Shown: in pieces, positions 45,338 through 57,086 of the stretch
Numbering within the stretch: the first letter of the stretch is position 1
Layout of the letters: every line of letters begins with the position of its first letter
Assembly: GCA_964552045.1 (NCBI GenBank)
Contig: CAZKFF010000005.1
Location: 34,302-98,301, forward strand
From: an uncultured Candidatus Saccharibacteria bacterium
GTDB taxonomy: Bacteria; Patescibacteriota; Minisyncoccia; Phycocordibacterales; UBA918
Length of the DNA stretch: 64,000 nucleotides
Direction: 5' to 3'
Made by a program: the position numbers and the translations under genes
The notes under the pieces: model-generated
Database searches by the model: none
What the model was told of the DNA's origin: nothing
The model's input: only the letters and a program-made list of their open reading frames with translations

Positions 45338-46435
45338 CTAGATCATGAATTCAATGACATCGCCATCCTTCACAATGTATTCCTTTCCTTCAGTGCGCAG
45401 CTTACCTGCTTCCCGTGCTTTTGCGATCGAGCCGAGCGCTGCCAATTCATTGAATGAGACCACCTGTGCACGTATGTATTTCTTTTCAAAATCTGTGTGA
45501 ATGGCGCTGCCTGCCTGTGGACCGGTACTACCGATCTTCACTGTCCATGCGCGAGTTTCCTTTTCTCCGGTGGTGAAATAGGACATCAAACCGAGACGGT
45601 CGTAGCAAGCACGGATAAGCGAGCCGATCCCTGAATCTTGTGTGCCGTATTCGCGCCGGAACTCATTTTTCTCGTCTTCATCAAGGTCTTTAAGCTCGTG
45701 TTCAATACCGGCATCGACAGTGACATATTGAGCCTCGGTCTCCTCAAAGAATGAAATGAGCTCCTTCCACCGATCGTCGTTCTGCTCATCCAGATTGTAT
45801 GAGCCCTGCTTTTTATTGCAGACATACAAGAACGGCTTCATTGTCAAAAGATGGAGATGCCGCACGATCTTCAGTTGTGCTTCGGTATACGAAAATGCAT
45901 TCGCGAGCTTTCCAGCCTCCAGATGCGGCAGCAGCTGCGAAAGAAGGTCTTTTTCAGCGATTGCTTCTTTGTCTCCGCGTTTTGCATCCCGCTCCACATT
46001 GCCAAGCCGCTTTGCGACCGTTTCAGCGTCTGCAAGGATAAGTTCAAGGTTGATAACCTCAATATCGCTTAACGGGTCCACTCCGCCCTGCACATGGTGT
46101 ATATCCTCGTCTTCAAAGATGCGCACAACCTCAGCGATCATATCTGTCTCGCGGATATTTGAGAGAAACTTGTTTCCGAGCCCCTCACCGGCAGCGGCCC
46201 CTTTCACCAACCCGGCGATATCAACGAATTCCACAACAGCCGGAATTGTTTTTTCAGAGCCGGATATTTCCGAAAGCCTCTGGAGTCTTCCGTCAGGCAC
46301 GGCGACAATACCCACAGACGGATCAATGGTGCAAAACGGATAATTCTCTGCGGGGACAGCATTTTTCGTGAGCGCATTGAACAGCGTCGATTTGCCGACG
46401 TTTGGAAGCCCGACGATACCCACAGATAAAGACAT
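45338..46435 (-). CDS. ychF: Ribosome-binding ATPase YchF
   Basis: G1 motif GLPNVGKST, a coiled-coil insert and a C-terminal TGS domain. 365 aa. Confidence 0.9.
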   Translation of the reverse strand: MSLSVGIVGLPNVGKSTLFNALTKNAVPAENYPFCTIDPSVGIVAVPDGRLQRLSEISGSEKTIPAVVEFVDIAGLVKGAAAGEGLGNKFLSNIRETDMIAEVVRIFEDEDIHHVQGGVDPLSDIEVINLELILADAETVAKRLGNVERDAKRGDKEAIAEKDLLSQLLPHLEAGKLANAFSYTEAQLKIVRHLHLLTMKPFLYVCNKKQGSYNLDEQNDDRWKELISFFEETEAQYVTVDAGIEHELKDLDEDEKNEFRREYGTQDSGIGSLIRACYDRLGLMSYFTTGEKETRAWTVKIGSTGPQAGSAIHTDFEKKYIRAQVVSFNELAALGSIAKAREAGKLRTEGKEYIVKDGDVIEFMI

Positions 46436-46483
46436 ACAATCTATTGGAATGAATAGCTTAGCAGAAAAAAACTGATAGACAAA

Positions 46484-47608
46484 TTATGCGGATTTGATGA
46501 GCGGAAGCGAAATAGTGAAAGTTGAGCCCTTGCCAAGCATGCTTTCGACCTCGATCGACCCCTGGTGATACTTCACGATCTCGTTGCATATGTATAAGCC
46601 GATACCGGCTCCTTTGTCGGCGTAGTCATCAGCGTGATTCACCCGGTAGTAGCGCTCAAATATCTTGTCGAGGTTCTCTGGAGCGATGCCCATGCCGTAA
46701 TCTTGCACCTGCAGATATGCATTCTGCTGATCATGATACACGCGGATGATGATGTCGGTATCAGCGCTTGAGTAGCGCATAGCGTTGTTGGCCAGATTGG
46801 TAATGACCTGTGACAGACGTTCCTGGTTGCCGTTGACGTACACTGACTTCTCACCCTGAAAGATAATGTTCCGTTCATTGATGAGCGAAAGTTCTGAAAC
46901 TACTTTCTTAGCGCAGGTGCATACATCAATAGCGGTGATCGGGAAGGCTGTCTCATGTGAACGGAATTTTGCCATATTGAAGAGATCAGTGATGAGTACG
47001 CTGAGCTTATCGACCTGATTGCTTATCTCGTTGACTGATTCCAGCAGTTCTTCCTTGGTTGCTCCGTCCCTGATGGATGACTGCAGAAAGTTCGCATACA
47101 GCTTCATGATCGAAAGTGGTGTTTTAAGCTCGTGCGCAACCATGCCAATAAAATCATCCTTCTTCTGCTCAAGCGCTTTGAGTTCGCTTATGTCAAGTGC
47201 AAAACAGACGCCAAAACTGATGATGTCATCGAACGCTTCAGCGCCGACCAGCACCGGAACAACGTGGCCGTCCTTATGGATATATTCCTTTTCGAAAGGG
47301 ACGATGCTTTTGTGCATCAAAAGCTCACTCATTTTTTCAATATCAGCTGTATCGTACTTGCTCGGGCTAATGGCCGACCATTTGAGCATCCCATTATCGA
47401 TGTCCTCCTGGCTGTATCCAACCATCGACAGGAATGCGTCATTTGCTGAAATGATGGTGTCCTGGAAATCAGTCGCTGCCAGACCGAACATATTTGAATC
47501 GAAGAGCGCCTTGTAGCGCGACATGACCTCCGCAATAAAGCGCTCATGGTCCGGGTGCTTGCCATGGATTTCAGCGGGAACGATTTGTGCCGTCTGGTTA
47601 TCTGCCAT
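46484..47608 (-). CDS. Cytoplasmic PAS-domain sensor histidine kinase (orphan)
   Basis: PAS region followed by HisKA (AHELKTPLS) and HATPase_c (GIGLYICNEIV, GKGSTFTISLP). No TM helix. Confidence 0.75.
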   Translation of the reverse strand: MADNQTAQIVPAEIHGKHPDHERFIAEVMSRYKALFDSNMFGLAATDFQDTIISANDAFLSMVGYSQEDIDNGMLKWSAISPSKYDTADIEKMSELLMHKSIVPFEKEYIHKDGHVVPVLVGAEAFDDIISFGVCFALDISELKALEQKKDDFIGMVAHELKTPLSIMKLYANFLQSSIRDGATKEELLESVNEISNQVDKLSVLITDLFNMAKFRSHETAFPITAIDVCTCAKKVVSELSLINERNIIFQGEKSVYVNGNQERLSQVITNLANNAMRYSSADTDIIIRVYHDQQNAYLQVQDYGMGIAPENLDKIFERYYRVNHADDYADKGAGIGLYICNEIVKYHQGSIEVESMLGKGSTFTISLPLIKSA

Positions 47609-47734
47609 AATGCGCTTGAATTACTTATGTAGATCCCTACCCTGAGTGATAATCTTCCCCTTAGTATAAAAAAAGGCTGGCGCGAAAGCAATGCGCCAGC
47701 CATCTTTTGAGTCGTATCCCCCGAATATGTTCAT

Positions 47735-48409
47735 TTATTCCTCCGTTTTCAGACCCAGCTTTTGCTCGAACTCTTCCTGCGAAAGCACATGGGGTTCGAG
47801 GTCATCGTCTTGTGGACGAATTCCAACTACCCTCCCCAACTCCTCCACATAGCCCCGATAGAAGCTCTTGTGAGCAACATCGACGCTATAGTAATTCTCG
47901 CACCTGGAGCTGACTCCAGGCGTGAGCGTGGCAATCTCTTTGAGGAGATCAACCAGAGCGCTCCGCAGTACGCCTTCACGTTCGAGATACAGATCGGCGT
48001 TATCCATGAGAAAACGCGTACTGCCGACCACGACAACGAGCGTTCTGGATGTCAGAAAACGCGGCGGATGCGTGCTTTTCTGACCGGATCTGCGGAATGC
48101 ATCCGATGCATGGAAAAGTTTTTCCTGGATCTTTTCCTGCACCGCACGGGCAGTAACAACCGCGACTCTGCCGTCGATGGCAAATTCATTGGTGACTGCC
48201 CGGGCTTTGGGAGCCCGCGGGTAACCGGCATTCTCAACAAACGCCAGCAACTCTGTGATCTCCCCTTCCTTGATACGTTCAGTTTCCCACGCAATGACAT
48301 TGCGCAGGATGTTGTAGAGGTGTCTGTCAGTGAACTGTTTCGGGTTCACAGCAACGAAAGCGAACTTCGCTTCCACGTCTGCGTCGCCGATTCTCTTCTG
48401 CACAGCCAT
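47735..48409 (-). CDS. Hypothetical protein
   Basis: 224 aa soluble protein. No motif recognised. Confidence 0.4.
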   Translation of the reverse strand: MAVQKRIGDADVEAKFAFVAVNPKQFTDRHLYNILRNVIAWETERIKEGEITELLAFVENAGYPRAPKARAVTNEFAIDGRVAVVTARAVQEKIQEKLFHASDAFRRSGQKSTHPPRFLTSRTLVVVVGSTRFLMDNADLYLEREGVLRSALVDLLKEIATLTPGVSSRCENYYSVDVAHKSFYRGYVEELGRVVGIRPQDDDLEPHVLSQEEFEQKLGLKTEE

Positions 48410-48487
48410 CAGGCTCTCCTTTGACTTGAAGTTCTTGCTTGACGCTTATGCCCCGCTACACTGTAGCACGAATGTTTACTTAATTCA

Positions 48488-49024
48488 TCAGTCCTTCACG
48501 TGCGCGCGCAGTGTTTCGAGCGCCGCAACGATGAATTCCTTCGTCCGCAGATCGATGAGCTTTCCTTGCGCATCAAATTTTTCCTGCGCCATACCCAGAT
48601 AGAACTCAGGACGTCCGAGCACATGCGCATTGAGGTGCAAGAGCGTCCCCTTCAGGCTCGCCTGAGCAACGGCTGTGCCAATGTTGCCGTCAGATGCACC
48701 GACAACCAAAACAGGTTTTTGGGAGAATGGTGAAGGTCCTTTCGGGCGCGACATCCAGTCGATGGCGTTCTTCAGGATGCCTGGAACGCCCCGGTTATAT
48801 TCAGGAGAGACGATCAAGAACGCATCTGCAGTAGCAAGAAACGCTTTCAGTTCAGCGGCGGAAGCAGGATACGGCTCTTCAAAATCTGCATTATAGAACG
48901 GGAGATCAGCAATAGATGCCTGGATGATCTCCATTCCCTGCGGCGCGTTGCCCGCAAATGCATTGAAGAGGGACTGGTTGAACGACCCAGTGCGCAGACT
49001 TCCAACGATTCCAATTATTCTCAT
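48488..49024 (-). CDS. NADPH-dependent FMN reductase family flavoprotein
   Basis: MRIIGIVGSLRTGSFNQSL and the SPEYN flavodoxin-like motifs (PF03358-like). Confidence 0.7.
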   Translation of the reverse strand: MRIIGIVGSLRTGSFNQSLFNAFAGNAPQGMEIIQASIADLPFYNADFEEPYPASAAELKAFLATADAFLIVSPEYNRGVPGILKNAIDWMSRPKGPSPFSQKPVLVVGASDGNIGTAVAQASLKGTLLHLNAHVLGRPEFYLGMAQEKFDAQGKLIDLRTKEFIVAALETLRAHVKD

Positions 49025-49027
49025 GCC

Positions 49028-49606
49028 TTAAATACCTTTCCTGCCCATCTGTTCAACCTGCTTCAGCCACTGCTGTCGCCGATCTTCAGTCACCTTCTCC
49101 GATGGTCCGAATGTGCACACCGAGGAATTGATGCCGGCAAAGCCAAAGATACCGTGCTGTATCTCGTTGGTGTAATCCCCGAAAAGCCACCAGGTCTTCA
49201 GTGGACTGTGTGTTCCAGCCACCACGATAGTGCGTCCTGTCTTCCCTTTCAGATGCTGAACGAGTTTTTTTGTCTGCTTGTCAAAGTTGAATGCGAATCC
49301 GGGAATCCACATACGGTCAAACAAACCCTTGAGTATGCCAGGCATCGTGCACCACCAGTTCGGGTAGATCACCACAAAGTGATCTGCCGCTCTGATGGCT
49401 TCCTGCAAATTGATCAGATCAGGTTCAAGTTCCTGAATGACCTTGTAACCCTTATGGAGGATCGGATCGAACTGCATATCGCCGATATTGAAGCGGGCAA
49501 CTTCGTGCCCCGCTTCCTCTGCGGCTGCTTGGTAGTGGTCAGCTATGAGTCCGGTGAATGTTTCTGTATCCGGATTGCCAAGGAGCAATACAATTCTTTT
49601 AGACAT
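49028..49606 (-). CDS. NAD(P)H dehydrogenase (quinone)-like flavodoxin-fold protein (Flavodoxin_2 family)
   Basis: MSKRIVLLLGNPDTETFTGLIADHY...VVIYPNWW motifs. Start taken at the internal Met; the track ORF has a 36-codon extension. Confidence 0.65.
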   Translation of the reverse strand: MSKRIVLLLGNPDTETFTGLIADHYQAAAEEAGHEVARFNIGDMQFDPILHKGYKVIQELEPDLINLQEAIRAADHFVVIYPNWWCTMPGILKGLFDRMWIPGFAFNFDKQTKKLVQHLKGKTGRTIVVAGTHSPLKTWWLFGDYTNEIQHGIFGFAGINSSVCTFGPSEKVTEDRRQQWLKQVEQMGRKGI

Positions 49607-49667
49607 GAATGCATTATACGGCACAGCGCACGCTGCGCGGCTTGACGCGTGTTGATAGTATATGCTT

Positions 49668-49982
49668 TTAACGGCGTATCGTTCCGTTCGGATTGAACTT
49701 CCCCTGGGAGCCAAGCTGGGCTTCCATCAACTTTTGTTTCATTTCAGGGCTCATGATCGCCATGATCTCTTTCTGGTATTTCGGAAGGATCTTCATGGAT
49801 GCCGCCATCTGATTATTACCGTTTGCCTTCATTTCAGCCTGCAGTTCTTTGGCAATTTTTTCAAACAGGGCAGGGTCTTTCTCTACCATGGTCATGATCA
49901 TTGCCTTCTGGTCTTCGGGAACATTCTTCAGCTGCGACTCGAGCAGCTTCTTCATTGCAAAATTTTTTACTTTTCCAAACAT
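49668..49982 (-). CDS. Hypothetical small Lys/Met-rich helical protein
   Basis: MFGKVKNFAMKKLLESQLKNVPEDQKAMIMTMVEKDPALFEKIAKELQAEMK...; about 104 aa. Confidence 0.35.
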   Translation of the reverse strand: MFGKVKNFAMKKLLESQLKNVPEDQKAMIMTMVEKDPALFEKIAKELQAEMKANGNNQMAASMKILPKYQKEIMAIMSPEMKQKLMEAQLGSQGKFNPNGTIRR

Positions 49983-50092
49983 AGGAGCACATTGTACCAG
50001 AGCCTTTTGACGTATGCACTTTTTTGTTGCCTTGTATGGACAATTCAACAAAAGTGTGTTATTGTTCCGCGACTTAGCACTTTTAATATCAT

Positions 50093-51643
50093 ATGAAATT
50101 ATTGAATCGCCTCTATGGCTGGTACGGCAAACGTACCGTTATTGCATCATGTATAGCAATTGTAGCCCTCATTATCGTGGGCTTTTTGGTCAACAGCCTC
50201 GTCAATGACTCAGCACAGGAAGTTCCGCAGGAAGCACAGCTGAAAACGGTTGCAGTCAGCCGCGTTGACGCGCTTGGCGCTCAAAGCCTTTTCCGTGTGA
50301 CCGGTACGGTCAAAGCCGTTTCTGAGGCGCGTCTGCAGGCAGAAAGCGGCGGACGGATCACCTCGGTTTCTGTATCGCTCGGCGACTCCGTGCGATCCGG
50401 CAGCGTGCTCGCCTCATTGGAAAACAGCGCGCAGCGAGCAGCGCTTCTGCAGGCGCAGGGTGCATACGATGCGGCTGTTGCAGGAGCTGCTTCAAGCCAA
50501 AGCAGCGAAGAGAGCGCACAAACGACCCTTGCCTCTGCACGCATTTCCGGGGTCAATTCCTACAAGAACGCATACATCAGCACGGACAGCGCTGTGCGTA
50601 ACACCATAGACGACCTTTTCTCAAATCCAACCGGTTCTATTCCAGGTTTCCGGCTCGAAGCGTACGGAGACGCACCGGCACTCATCACTGAACGTACAGC
50701 GATTGAGGGGCTTCTTGACGCATGGTCGATCGACATAGCGACCACAGATGTAAACAATATCGAGAACCGCCTGCACTCCGCACTGCAGGATGTCGAGCGC
50801 ATCGCGCGTTACGCAGAAACGCTTGCGCAGATAGTTGCGCGGCAGGAGACGCGATCAACGTTCACACAAACAGACAAGGATACACTGGAAGCGGAATTTC
50901 TGAGCGTACGCTCGTCACTCAACAGCACAGCGCAATCCATAACCACGACAATAACTGCGATTGAAAGTGCGGAGGAATCGCTCGACCGCGCACAGATCGC
51001 CGGATCGGATGCGCCGGTATCCCTTGCCGATGCACAGGTGAAGAGCGCGCTCGGATCATTGCGTGCAGCACAGGCGGCATATGAAAAGACACTGGTTCGC
51101 ACACCGATCTCCGGTGTGGTCAATGCACTCTACCTTAAGGAGGGTGAGTACGCGACCCCGGGAATGCCTGCTGCTGTAGTTGCCAATAACAATGCGCTCG
51201 AGATCTCAACGCATCTCGGTGCTGAGGATGCAAATCAGGTGATGGTCGGTGAACAGGTATTCATTGAAAAATCAGTGCACGGCGTTGTCACTGCTATCGC
51301 TCCTGCAATCGACCCCCTTTCGGGAAAGAAGGAAGTAAAGATCGGCGTTGAGGATGATACGGAGCTTTCCAATGGAAGCACTGTTTCTATAGAGTTTACA
51401 CGAGAGAACTCTGCTGTCTCATCGGTTCTAACTGTTCCGCTCTCTGCGCTGAAGATGACACCTGCCGGTGCACTCGCCTTCACCGTCTCAGACGAACAGA
51501 CGCTCGTTGCACACACTGTACAGCTCGGCGAGATCATGGGCGATGCTGTTGCAATTACCGAAGGCCTCAGTCCTGAGACGGTCATTGTCACCGATGCCCG
51601 TGGACTACGCGAAGGCGAAAAAGTTGAAGTAACACAAGATTAA
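50093..51643 (+). CDS. RND efflux periplasmic adaptor (membrane fusion protein) with extended coiled-coil
   Basis: N-terminal TM, a long alpha-hairpin region, and C-terminal beta-barrel/MP domains. Its stop is 2 nt before the RND pump start. Confidence 0.75.
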   Translation: MKLLNRLYGWYGKRTVIASCIAIVALIIVGFLVNSLVNDSAQEVPQEAQLKTVAVSRVDALGAQSLFRVTGTVKAVSEARLQAESGGRITSVSVSLGDSVRSGSVLASLENSAQRAALLQAQGAYDAAVAGAASSQSSEESAQTTLASARISGVNSYKNAYISTDSAVRNTIDDLFSNPTGSIPGFRLEAYGDAPALITERTAIEGLLDAWSIDIATTDVNNIENRLHSALQDVERIARYAETLAQIVARQETRSTFTQTDKDTLEAEFLSVRSSLNSTAQSITTTITAIESAEESLDRAQIAGSDAPVSLADAQVKSALGSLRAAQAAYEKTLVRTPISGVVNALYLKEGEYATPGMPAAVVANNNALEISTHLGAEDANQVMVGEQVFIEKSVHGVVTAIAPAIDPLSGKKEVKIGVEDDTELSNGSTVSIEFTRENSAVSSVLTVPLSALKMTPAGALAFTVSDEQTLVAHTVQLGEIMGDAVAITEGLSPETVIVTDARGLREGEKVEVTQD

Positions 51644-51645
51644 AT

Positions 51646-54600
51646 ATGCACTGGCTTTGGAATTTCTTTTTAGCGAAGCGGCAATTCAGCTTGCTCCTCA
51701 TAGTTGCTCTGTGTGCTGCGGGGGCATACGCAGTGCTTGCCATACCCAAGGAATCGGCACCTGAGGTGATTGTTCCGATCGGGATCGTATCGACAGCATT
51801 TCCAGGGGCTTCCCCTGCAGATGTCGAGGAGCTTGTGACCAATAAGCTCGAAGACTCGATCGCGAATGTTGACGGGCTCGACCGGCTTACATCTTCCTCC
51901 CGTGAAGGTTTTTCAATCATAACGGCAGAGTTTGATGCGAGCGCAGATATCGACAAGTCGATCCAGGACCTCAAGGATGCGGTCGATCAGGCAAAGGGTG
52001 AACTTCCCGAGGACGCGACAGAACCGTCGGTTACCGAGGTAAATTTTGCCGATCAGCCGATCCTCGTTATTTCCATATCATCCGACCTCTCTCCGGTTGA
52101 ATTTACGCAACTCGGCGAATCGCTTGCTGACGAGTTTAAAGGCGTTCCAGGCGTCTCACATGTCGATGTGACCGGAACACGGCCGCGCGAAGTGCAGGTT
52201 CTCGTGAGAGAAGATGCACTGCGGGCATACGGCCTCTCTCTTTCACAGGTGAGTGCGGCACTGCAAAGCGGAAACGTGACGCTTCCCGTGGGAACGATCA
52301 CAACGGACGGCATCGAATATTCGGTCCGGCTTGAAGGCAAGATCACCGATGCTGCACAGATTGGGGCTATCCCGGTTGCGTCTTTAAACGGCACTCCGGT
52401 GTATATACGTGATGTTGCAATGGTTGCAAACAATGTCGAAAGAGAAACTACAATCTCACGGGTTTCAGTGGAGGGCGCCCCTTCAGAAAAGGCGTTGACG
52501 CTCTCGATCTATAAACGCGCGGGAGTTGATGTCACCGATATGTCTGATGCTGTTCACCGGAAACTTTCTGAAATGGAAGCTGATGGTGGCGTACTGTCCG
52601 ATTCTCAGGTACTCGTTGTATTGGATTCAGGAAAGGATGTCAGGGAAGAGCTTTCTGAGCTCGTCGGTGTCGGGTTCGAAACCGTTGTGCTTGTCATCAT
52701 CTGTCTTCTCCTCACCATCGGTTGGCGAGAATCACTCGTTGCGGCGCTTTCCATTCCTCTTTCGTTTGTGATCGCATTCATCGGGTTGTATGCTTCAGGA
52801 AATACGATCAACTTCGTATCGCTCTTCGCGCTTATTCTCGCCATCGGTATTTTGGTGGATTCAGGGATCGTGGTCACTGAAGCGATCCATACGCGCATGC
52901 GCAAGTACCGCAACCCCGATGAAGCTGCCCGTGCATCGATCCGTGAATACGCATGGCCGCTGATCGGCGGCACCATGGTGACGGTTGCAGTATTCTTTCC
53001 GCTTTTCTTTCTTTCGGGCATCGTTGGAGAGTTCATTGCTTCGATTCCCTTTACTATTATTTTCGTTTTGATCGCATCAATTGTCGTTGCTCTCGGCATG
53101 GTGCCGCTTATCGCTATCTATCTTACAAAACACTCGAGCTCAAACCGATTCGAAGAGCTGCAGGAAGAATACACGCACAAAGCGCAGGCATGGTACCGTG
53201 CGCGCCTGGTGCAATTCCTCAACAATACGAAAGCACAGCAATTCTTCATCTGGGGACTTATCGGTGCGCTTGTTGTGTGCCTTATGTTGCCGTTTAGCGG
53301 TATCTTGAAAGTCATCTTCTTTCCGCCCGAGGATGTGGACTACGTCTTTGTGGAGATCGAAGCGAAGCAAGGCACACCGGTTTTGAACACTGATCTCTCG
53401 GTGCGCGCCGCTGAAGAGCTGCTATACAACAAACCGTACGTGGAATCGTTCACCTCAACAGCAGGCGCTGGATCGGCATTCACCGGCAGCGGCAATGCTG
53501 GCGGCCGGTTCGGCAATATCACCATAACGCTGAAAGAGGACAGAACAGAATCGAGTGCTGAGATCGCAGCAGACCTTCGCACAACCTATGCGGATCTCAC
53601 GGATGTAAAAATATCCATCAGTGAATTGGCGACCGGTCCGGCTTCGGGTGCACCGATCACTATCCGCTTCATTGGCGATGATCTCGCAGCACTCGGGGTT
53701 GCTGCCTCCAATGCTGAGACGCTCCTCCGCTCGATTGACGGCACACGTGACGTCAATTCCACAACCAATACAAGCGCCGCCGAGGTTGTCCTCAGCATTG
53801 ACCGCTCAAAAGCAAATGCTGCCGGCGTCTCGACATTTGCGGTAGGTGAGCTCCTCCGCAGCGCTGTGTTTGGATCGACTGCCACCACCATAAGTGAGGA
53901 AGGTACTGATATTGATGTCGTTGTACGGCTGCAGGTTGATCCGCTTGCCACCGACCCGTCAGCAGCACCACAGATCACGCTTGATGCGCTCCGCAATCTC
54001 TCTGTGCCAAGTCAGAACGGCGGTACAGTACTGCTGAGCTCCATCATGAGCGAACAGCTGCAGCCAGCAAGTATTGCGGTGTCTCATGAAGACCAGGAGC
54101 GCGTTGAGACTGTCACGGCATATACAGAAGGAAAAACAACAGCCGGAGAGATCGTCGCGGCATTTCAGGCGCGACAGGCAGAGCTTGACCTGCAAGAAGG
54201 AGTCCGCATCTCATACGGCGGCGAGACGGAGGACATCAACCAGTCATTTACTGAAATGGGATTGGCATTCGTCGCCGGTCTGGTACTGATGCTTGCGATT
54301 CTCGTGCTTTCATTTAATTCTATCCGTTATTCGCTTTACCTCCTTTCCGCTGTGCCGCTTTCGCTTATCGGGGTTATCATCGGGCTGGCGCTCACCGGGC
54401 AGTCGCTGTCATTCACTTCGATCCTTGGCGTGATTGCGCTGGCGGGGGTCATCATCAACCATGCGATCATCCTTATGGATTCAATGATTCATCAGCGAAC
54501 TACACATCAGGGCGAACTGATCGACATTGTTGCCGACTCTGCTGTCTCACGTTTCCGTCCGATCCTGCTTACCACCATTACAACGGTTGTTGGTATGGTG

Positions 54601-54750
54601 CCGCTGTCTACCATATCAGATTTTTGGAGTCCGCTTGCGTTTGCGATCATGTTCGGACTGAGCTTCGCCATGATTCTTACTTTGGTGCTTGTGCCGACAC
54701 TCTTCTACAGGAATGAGAAGAGAAAAACTGAGCGGGCGCAGAACACGTAG
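51646..54750 (+). CDS. RND superfamily efflux transporter permease (AcrB-like)
   Basis: 1034 aa with 12 TM and two large loops in the AcrB/MMPL architecture. No outer-membrane factor gene follows. Confidence 0.85.
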   Translation: MHWLWNFFLAKRQFSLLLIVALCAAGAYAVLAIPKESAPEVIVPIGIVSTAFPGASPADVEELVTNKLEDSIANVDGLDRLTSSSREGFSIITAEFDASADIDKSIQDLKDAVDQAKGELPEDATEPSVTEVNFADQPILVISISSDLSPVEFTQLGESLADEFKGVPGVSHVDVTGTRPREVQVLVREDALRAYGLSLSQVSAALQSGNVTLPVGTITTDGIEYSVRLEGKITDAAQIGAIPVASLNGTPVYIRDVAMVANNVERETTISRVSVEGAPSEKALTLSIYKRAGVDVTDMSDAVHRKLSEMEADGGVLSDSQVLVVLDSGKDVREELSELVGVGFETVVLVIICLLLTIGWRESLVAALSIPLSFVIAFIGLYASGNTINFVSLFALILAIGILVDSGIVVTEAIHTRMRKYRNPDEAARASIREYAWPLIGGTMVTVAVFFPLFFLSGIVGEFIASIPFTIIFVLIASIVVALGMVPLIAIYLTKHSSSNRFEELQEEYTHKAQAWYRARLVQFLNNTKAQQFFIWGLIGALVVCLMLPFSGILKVIFFPPEDVDYVFVEIEAKQGTPVLNTDLSVRAAEELLYNKPYVESFTSTAGAGSAFTGSGNAGGRFGNITITLKEDRTESSAEIAADLRTTYADLTDVKISISELATGPASGAPITIRFIGDDLAALGVAASNAETLLRSIDGTRDVNSTTNTSAAEVVLSIDRSKANAAGVSTFAVGELLRSAVFGSTATTISEEGTDIDVVVRLQVDPLATDPSAAPQITLDALRNLSVPSQNGGTVLLSSIMSEQLQPASIAVSHEDQERVETVTAYTEGKTTAGEIVAAFQARQAELDLQEGVRISYGGETEDINQSFTEMGLAFVAGLVLMLAILVLSFNSIRYSLYLLSAVPLSLIGVIIGLALTGQSLSFTSILGVIALAGVIINHAIILMDSMIHQRTTHQGELIDIVADSAVSRFRPILLTTITTVVGMVPLSTISDFWSPLAFAIMFGLSFAMILTLVLVPTLFYRNEKRKTERAQNT

Positions 54751-54815
54751 CTCTCGCACATGCCATCATAAAAAAATCTGCACGGAAGTGCAGGTTTTTT
54801 TATGATGCACATAGC

Positions 54816-55352
54816 TCACTGCTGTGACGGTGCGGGTGCGGCAGGAGTGTTCTTTTTCTTGAGATATGACATCGCGCCATTTATCACAGCGATCGCAAGG
54901 GTTATTGCCGCCGCATAACCGACGAGGAATTCAATGTATGAGAAGCCGGTCAATCCGAGCGGCACAAGCGCAAACACAACTCCGAGAGTGTACCATGTAG
55001 ACGCCTGGAGCGCCGGGCCGATATTCGAAGGCATAATGTGTTTGGTCATAAGGAAAGCATTAAGGAATAGCATCGCTATGAGCGTCCACATGCCGAGAAT
55101 GAACGGCGAGAAATACAGCATACCTCCATCCGCGAAGGACAGCAGGCCAATAAACGCTGCAAGAACGAGGATGAGTATCATCGCTACACGCAGTACGATG
55201 TAGACTACGCCCATGAGCTTGCGCTCCTGCACATCTATGGTTCCATCCGCGATCGCTACGAAAAAATTTATAACAGCGAGTGTAGATGAACCGACGCCGA
55301 GGGAAATTGCCAATGACTGCAATACCACAGCAAGAATAATTAACATATCCAT
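54816..55352 (-). CDS. Hypothetical polytopic membrane protein
   Basis: 178 aa with 5 TM helices. Confidence 0.4.
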   Translation of the reverse strand: MDMLIILAVVLQSLAISLGVGSSTLAVINFFVAIADGTIDVQERKLMGVVYIVLRVAMILILVLAAFIGLLSFADGGMLYFSPFILGMWTLIAMLFLNAFLMTKHIMPSNIGPALQASTWYTLGVVFALVPLGLTGFSYIEFLVGYAAAITLAIAVINGAMSYLKKKNTPAAPAPSQQ

Positions 55353-55416
55353 ATATCATCAGTATAGCAATAAGAGCCCTTAGGGGCTCTTATTGCTGTG
55401 TTTATATGTCGTAACT

Positions 55417-55668
55417 CTATATGAGAATGGTCGCGTGATTATGACTTATCTCAAGCGTTCCACCCTCAGCCAGTACCTTGTCTTCTGTGCCATCTTCCAA
55501 TCTATAGCTGATGGTTCCTTGCCGCAGCGGGGTAATAAGCGGCGTGTGGTCGGCCAATATGGTCATTTCTCCGGCTATTCCCGGAACAGTCACAAATACG
55601 ACCGGGCCATCGAACAATGGGCCGTCTACGCGTGATATGGTCAATTGGAGTAATCGCTGCGACGCCAT
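55417..55668 (-). CDS. atpC: F1 ATP synthase epsilon subunit, N-terminal beta-sandwich only
   Basis: 83 aa. It lies downstream of atpD and lacks the C-terminal two-helix regulatory domain. Confidence 0.75.
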   Translation of the reverse strand: MASQRLLQLTISRVDGPLFDGPVVFVTVPGIAGEMTILADHTPLITPLRQGTISYRLEDGTEDKVLAEGGTLEISHNHATILI

Positions 55669-55670
55669 GG

Positions 55671-57059
<1,389 letters not shown>

Positions 57060-57086
57060 TTAATGTTAATTGACTCTTCCTTATAA

